Shown in pieces: positions 60,182 through 64,000 of a DNA stretch of 64,000 nt. Made by a program: the position numbers and the translations under genes. How positions within the stretch are numbered: the first letter of the stretch is position 1; every line of letters starts with the position of its first letter. Source of the stretch: an uncultured Sphingomonadales bacterium. Its GTDB lineage: Bacteria; Pseudomonadota; Alphaproteobacteria; Sphingomonadales; Rhodothalassiaceae. The notes under the pieces are model-generated. The model was not told where the DNA came from and did not search any database. It saw only the letters and a list, made by a program, of their open reading frames with translations. The DNA is taken from assembly GCA_947499155.1 (NCBI GenBank), contig CANMND010000004.1, forward strand, positions 76,633 through 140,632, in the 5' to 3' direction.

Positions 60182-62980
60182 ATGTTATCTATCGCGTCTC
60201 TATCGGCTGCCGCAGCCGCCAAAAGTTATTACGATGCTGACAATTATTACACCAAAGCCGACGGCCAATCACCCAGTCATTGGCATGGCACCGGGGCATC
60301 AAATCTTGGCCTGGTGGGCCCGGTAAATGCCCACACGTTTGAGCAAGTTCTCGAAGGAAACCTGCCCAACGGCACCAAGCTCGGGCGCGTGATCAAAGGC
60401 GAACGAGTTCATGCTCCCGGTACGGATCTCACTTTTTCTGCGCCCAAATCAGTGTCTATTCTGGCACTTGTGGATGATCGTAAGGCGTTGATTGAGGCTC
60501 ATCAAAAGGCTGTTTCTGCAGCGCTAGACTGGATCGAAAAAGAAGTCGTCACATCACGCATATTCGATAAGGCGGAAAGACAACAGGTCAAAACGGCGAC
60601 AGGAAATTTGGTTGCGGCGCTGTTTCTCCACGACACCTCCCGTGCTCTTGACCCCCAACTCCACACGCATGCGGTCATTGCAAACGCATCTCAAGGGCCG
60701 GATGGCAAATGGCGATCCATCCAAGAAATGCCGCTCTTCCAGAACAAGATGCTTATAGGCCAAATGTACAGGAACGAGTTGGCAGCCAATCTGGCAGAGC
60801 TGGGTTATGCCGTGGAAAAATCCGGCAAGAACGGCGAATTCGAAATCACGGGAGTGGACAAGAGTATCCGAGAGATGTTCAGCAAGCGATCCATTGAAGT
60901 GCGCGAGGCAGCCAGCCTGTTTGGTACCTCGTCACCAGCTGACCTGGATCGCGCCGCTCTTATGACACGGGCGAGTAAGCAACATGTCGATCGAGAGAAG
61001 TTACTGTCAAACTGGCAACAACAGATGGCAGAGAAAGACCTAAGTCTGAGGTCATTGCCGTCCCCTGGTAAGTCACTAAAGCCTGCTAAAGCCGCAGATG
61101 AGGTGCTCAAACAAGCTATGTCACACATTTCGGAACGCAACGCTGCTTTTCTGCCAAAAGATCTGCTGAAAGAAGCTATGCGCCTGTCCATCGGATCGCA
61201 TCGCTATGGGGAGCTTGAGCAGGCAATGAATGTAATGCTTGAAAGAGGCGATCTGGCGAAAGGCGAGATTGGCAATCAGCACTATCTTACAACACCTGCG
61301 ATGCTGGAGCTGGAACGTTCAACGCTTGAAAAAATGGAAGAAGGCAAAGGTGCCAGCAAGCCCATTGTCCTGCCGCATCATGTGGACAGGTATCTTCAGG
61401 ACAAGACCCTCACAAAGGGCCAACAAGCTGCCTTGCACACCTCCATAGAAACACTTGACCGGACGATCGGCATCCAAGGGTTTGCCGGAGCCGGTAAAAC
61501 AACGCTTCTCAAGGAGGTGAAAGCCCTGTCCGAAATGGCAGGACGCGAAGTCATCGGATATGCACCCTCCGGTCTGGCTGCAGACAACCTTCAATCAGAA
61601 AGCGGGATTCCGTCCACAACTCTTCAAACCTTGCTGACAAAATTCAAGGGACTGACCGCGGGGCGCACCATGTCAGATAATGCCTATAAGGTCGAACGAG
61701 AAAGGTGGAGTAACCGGGTCGTGGTTGTTGATGAGGCATCGTTCGCCTCGTCAAAGCAAATGAATGACCTCTTGCACATCGCCAATGACCTGCAATTTGG
61801 CCGTCTCATCTTGGTGGGAGACTATAAGCAACTCGACGGAGTGAATGCAGGCAAACCTTTCTATCAGTTGCAGTCCGGCGGAATGACGACCGAGCATATG
61901 CCCGAGAATATGCGTCAACAACGAGATCAACATCGTGAAGCCGTGGAAGCCATCAAAGACGGCGATGTGGCAACTGCCATCAAACATCTTAGCGGCGACA
62001 TTCAGGAAACCTCATGGGATAATCTAACAAGGGAAACTGCTCAGGCGTGGCTAGACTTACCCGACAGTGACCGTGACCATGCACTGATTATTGCCCCAAC
62101 GCATTCACATCGCCGAGCCATCACTGATTACGCCAGAGGTCAACTGGTGAAAGAAGGAAGCCTCGGAGAGAAAGCCGTCGAGCATCCTATTTTACGTCCT
62201 GTAAATCTGACGACGGAAGAACGCACCCTGGCCAGCAGCTATCAGGCGGGTCAAATTGTCCAATTCACCAAAAACTATAAGTCTATCGGCATTGAGGCTG
62301 GCGATTACCTGGCAGTGGAGAAAGTGAATGACCGGTCAGGAACAGTGATGCTGGAAAAGGGCGGTGATATTATCGCCTGGCATCCTTCCAGATTGGCCGC
62401 CCGGACGGATGGGGCCACGGCACTTTATGATCAGGACAGGATTGATCTTCGGCAGAATGATCTCATCCGCTTCACCCGAAGCGATAAAGACCGCGACCTT
62501 TTCAATTCACAAACGGCGACAATTCTTTCTGTCAACGAGCGCGATGTCTCGTTCCAGATGAAAGATGGCCGCAAGATCACCTTGCCGCGCAATGATCCTG
62601 CCATGCAACATATCGACTTTGGTTTGGCCGCAACCATTCATGCCGCACAAGGGCAGACCGTCGATCACGTCATTGCTCTAGCCGACTCTCGCAGCGCCTT
62701 TTCCGCAAACCAGAAGATGTTCTATGTAACTATCTCGCGGTCCCGGCATGGCGTCACGTTGTTCACAGATGATGCCGATCGCCTGCAGCGAAACCTTGAA
62801 GCCAATACAGGCGAACGCTTAAGCGCAATGGAAGTCCACAAAGCACAGGAACAGGAAATTGCACCGGTCCCGGATCAAGTGCCATCCCTTGAGCACGAGA
62901 AACAAGAACATAAACACGAGCCCGAATACGAACTGGAAAGAGTTATTGAGAAGACCATAGACTTCGAGCTGGAACTGTGA
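60182..62980 (+). CDS. MobF-family conjugative relaxase with RecD-like helicase domain (TrwC/TraI/TraA type)
   Basis: N-terminal relaxase with a Tyr pair in SYYDADNYYTK and the His triad LHDTSRALDPQLHTHAVIAN. Helicase Walker A GFAGAGKTTLL, Walker B VVVDEASF, and late motif TIHAAQGQTVDHV. AAGGGGA Shine-Dalgarno. Confidence 0.9.
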   Translation: MLSIASLSAAAAAKSYYDADNYYTKADGQSPSHWHGTGASNLGLVGPVNAHTFEQVLEGNLPNGTKLGRVIKGERVHAPGTDLTFSAPKSVSILALVDDRKALIEAHQKAVSAALDWIEKEVVTSRIFDKAERQQVKTATGNLVAALFLHDTSRALDPQLHTHAVIANASQGPDGKWRSIQEMPLFQNKMLIGQMYRNELAANLAELGYAVEKSGKNGEFEITGVDKSIREMFSKRSIEVREAASLFGTSSPADLDRAALMTRASKQHVDREKLLSNWQQQMAEKDLSLRSLPSPGKSLKPAKAADEVLKQAMSHISERNAAFLPKDLLKEAMRLSIGSHRYGELEQAMNVMLERGDLAKGEIGNQHYLTTPAMLELERSTLEKMEEGKGASKPIVLPHHVDRYLQDKTLTKGQQAALHTSIETLDRTIGIQGFAGAGKTTLLKEVKALSEMAGREVIGYAPSGLAADNLQSESGIPSTTLQTLLTKFKGLTAGRTMSDNAYKVERERWSNRVVVVDEASFASSKQMNDLLHIANDLQFGRLILVGDYKQLDGVNAGKPFYQLQSGGMTTEHMPENMRQQRDQHREAVEAIKDGDVATAIKHLSGDIQETSWDNLTRETAQAWLDLPDSDRDHALIIAPTHSHRRAITDYARGQLVKEGSLGEKAVEHPILRPVNLTTEERTLASSYQAGQIVQFTKNYKSIGIEAGDYLAVEKVNDRSGTVMLEKGGDIIAWHPSRLAARTDGATALYDQDRIDLRQNDLIRFTRSDKDRDLFNSQTATILSVNERDVSFQMKDGRKITLPRNDPAMQHIDFGLAATIHAAQGQTVDHVIALADSRSAFSANQKMFYVTISRSRHGVTLFTDDADRLQRNLEANTGERLSAMEVHKAQEQEIAPVPDQVPSLEHEKQEHKHEPEYELERVIEKTIDFELEL

Positions 62981-63105
62981 TGGTGCGGAAATTGGTGGGA
63001 GCAACGTGCTATCTACGCTGCTACCAATCGCCAGAAAACCCAAGCATATCAACAGTTAGCCAAATGATATCAGCTTTTTTTCATGCTCCAAATTTTGCAT
63101 GTCAT

Positions 63106-63153
63106 TGAAAAGAAAGAAGAACACCCGGTCGCTAGCCCTCTAGCATCGGGTGT
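63106..63153 (-). terminator. rho-independent terminator closing the minus-strand cargo operon
   Basis: ACACCCG (63121-63127) pairs with CGGGTGT (63147-63153), with an inner GCTAG/CTAGC stem. On the minus strand it is followed by TCTTCTTTCTTTTC. Lies 31 nt beyond the stop at 63185. Confidence 0.65.
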
Positions 63154-63184
63154 GAAACTTTAACGACGCAGTCGTAAAAACTAT

Positions 63185-63475
63185 CTATCCGATATCCGGC
63201 ATCAAACGCCATGATCGACGTTGTTGAAGCTGGGACCAATCAGGGCCGTTTGGCTCGTCTGTGAAAACCAATTGGTTGCCCTGCAGCTTGCGTGACCTGC
63301 ACCCTGTAATTTCGGCGACTAAAAGCAGAGTCTGTCCCATAAGAGACAGATATATGAAAACGCAGTTCAATGAAAAATAGAAGGCCTGTGTGCCGACAGA
63401 CAGATGACTAAATGCTGCACGCCCGGCTAAAAGAGCTGTGCCATGAGCGATAGCGGATTCCAAGATTGCTTTCAT
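63185..63475 (-). CDS. small hydrophobic ORF (96 aa), possibly the distal part of a stop-interrupted membrane protein gene
   Basis: Hydrophobic stretches (AIAHGTALLAGRAAF, FYFSLNCVFIYLSLMGQTLLLVAEI). Same frame as the helicase and as a 66-codon open stretch upstream. The ATG is immediately preceded by an in-frame TGA. A terminator follows. Confidence 0.3.
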   Translation of the reverse strand: MKAILESAIAHGTALLAGRAAFSHLSVGTQAFYFSLNCVFIYLSLMGQTLLLVAEITGCRSRKLQGNQLVFTDEPNGPDWSQLQQRRSWRLMPDIG

Positions 63476-63679
63476 TCAAACGCTTGGAAGCTGAACGGCG
63501 GGCCAAAGCAAAGCTGGAGCACGATCTTTGAGGGATTTAGGCTGGGAAAGGTAGTAAATGAAAGTTGCGTTTTCACAGACGGTCAAGACAGCGCCAAGCA
63601 GACTATAATACGTGAGGCCGGCCCGAAAGCTAAGCTGGGCAATTCTGTTAAAAATCTGAGTTCTAGTTTTATTGATCTA

Positions 63680-64000
63680 CTAAAAATAAACTACTGGAAT
63701 ATCGGCCTTTTCCAAAAGATTGATCAGACCTCTAATATGATCCACCCCGCCACTTTCTCGAGATTGCGTAAAATAAACGCGCTCTCGCGCACGTGACAAT
63801 GCAACGAAAAAAGCATTTGTCTCTTCCTCCCTGTTCCGCCGATAAGAAAAGAAGGCTTTTTCGTGCAGGCCAACAAAGATTACCGTGTGATACTCGAGTC
63901 CTTTGCTCTTGTGGATGGTCATAAGACGAACTTGCCCCTTGCCCTCCACGGCATCGATCAAGGCCCCCCAATTATTCGCTTTGGCTGCGCATTCGGTCAT
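63680..64000 (-). CDS. UvrD/Rep/PcrA-like superfamily 1 helicase, C-terminal end only (gene continues beyond the window)
   Basis: Motif VI region VRLMTIHKSKGLEYHTVIFVG and ...FFVALSRARERVYF. The listed Met sits at the window edge and is not a real start. Confidence 0.75.
   Translation of the reverse strand: MTECAAKANNWGALIDAVEGKGQVRLMTIHKSKGLEYHTVIFVGLHEKAFFSYRRNREEETNAFFVALSRARERVYFTQSRESGGVDHIRGLINLLEKADIPVVYF

Larger units (their letters stand above)
54575..64000. mobile_element. integrated element (partial): retron + P4-type integrase + AlpA + MobC-like + MobF relaxase; candidate integrative mobilizable element, right end outside the window
   Basis: Gene content switches abruptly after the nirK terminator from housekeeping to integration, mobilisation and defence genes. 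The sequence looks more AT-rich by eye. No T4SS or coupling-protein genes up to nt 64000. Neither boundary is defined by a recognisable att repeat. Confidence 0.75.

Noticed and set aside
62981-63105. Possible oriT or terminator downstream of the relaxase (ATTGGT...ACCAAT inverted repeat, TGATATCA palindrome, T7 run at 63075-63081)
   Set aside because: The stems are short (6 bp or less) with poor internal pairing. The T-run is not preceded by a stable hairpin. This is not strong enough to call.
63443-63796. 117-aa plus-strand ORF overlapping the helicase 3' end
   Set aside because: It is antisense to the conserved helicase motif VI region and to the open membrane-protein frame. It has no motif and no ribosome-binding site.

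Overview
About 54.5 kb of alphaproteobacterial core chromosome followed by the first ~9.4 kb of a more AT-rich integrated element that runs off the right edge. All calls come from motif-level reading of the ORF track and the sequence; no alignments or searches were run. Core genes, left to right: TonB-dependent receptor (5'-truncated), trxA, addA/addB, murU-like and amgK-like genes, tsaE, a PAS histidine kinase, ahcY, the ptsH/EIIA-Man/rapZ/hprK genes, chvG/chvI and divergent pckA, tRNA-Gly(CCC), a LysR gene with a divergent pirin/FMN-reductase/pirin operon, glmU, glmS, a UDP-GlcNAc 2-epimerase, a ferritin-like di-iron protein, the F1-only atpHAGDC operon, secA, argJ, an orphan Flp pilin, mutT, recR/ybaB/dnaX preceded by the SRP RNA, nudC, an M1 aminopeptidase lipoprotein, cytochrome c, an NlpC/P60 peptidase, MarR, an M17 aminopeptidase and a three-domain copper nitrite reductase (nirK). 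Many listed ORF starts are spurious N-terminal extensions and were trimmed. The interesting part starts right after the nirK terminator (~54.57 kb). It holds a retron-type reverse transcriptase fused to a C-terminal TOPRIM domain (Ec67-like architecture). A 14-bp a1/a2-type inverted repeat upstream brackets a candidate ~150-nt msr/msd RNA. Next come a P4-type tyrosine integrase, a 2-TM protein, AlpA, a MobC-like RHH protein, a TM/coiled-coil acidic protein and a MobF relaxase-helicase. No T4SS or coupling protein lies in the window, so this looks like an integrative mobilizable element. The coiled-coil protein and the relaxase share a C-terminal DF[DE]LEL tail. At the right edge a convergent operon ends in a UvrD-like helicase C-terminus (cut by the window), followed by a membrane-protein frame interrupted by stop codons. 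No CRISPR array, rRNA or transposase was seen.
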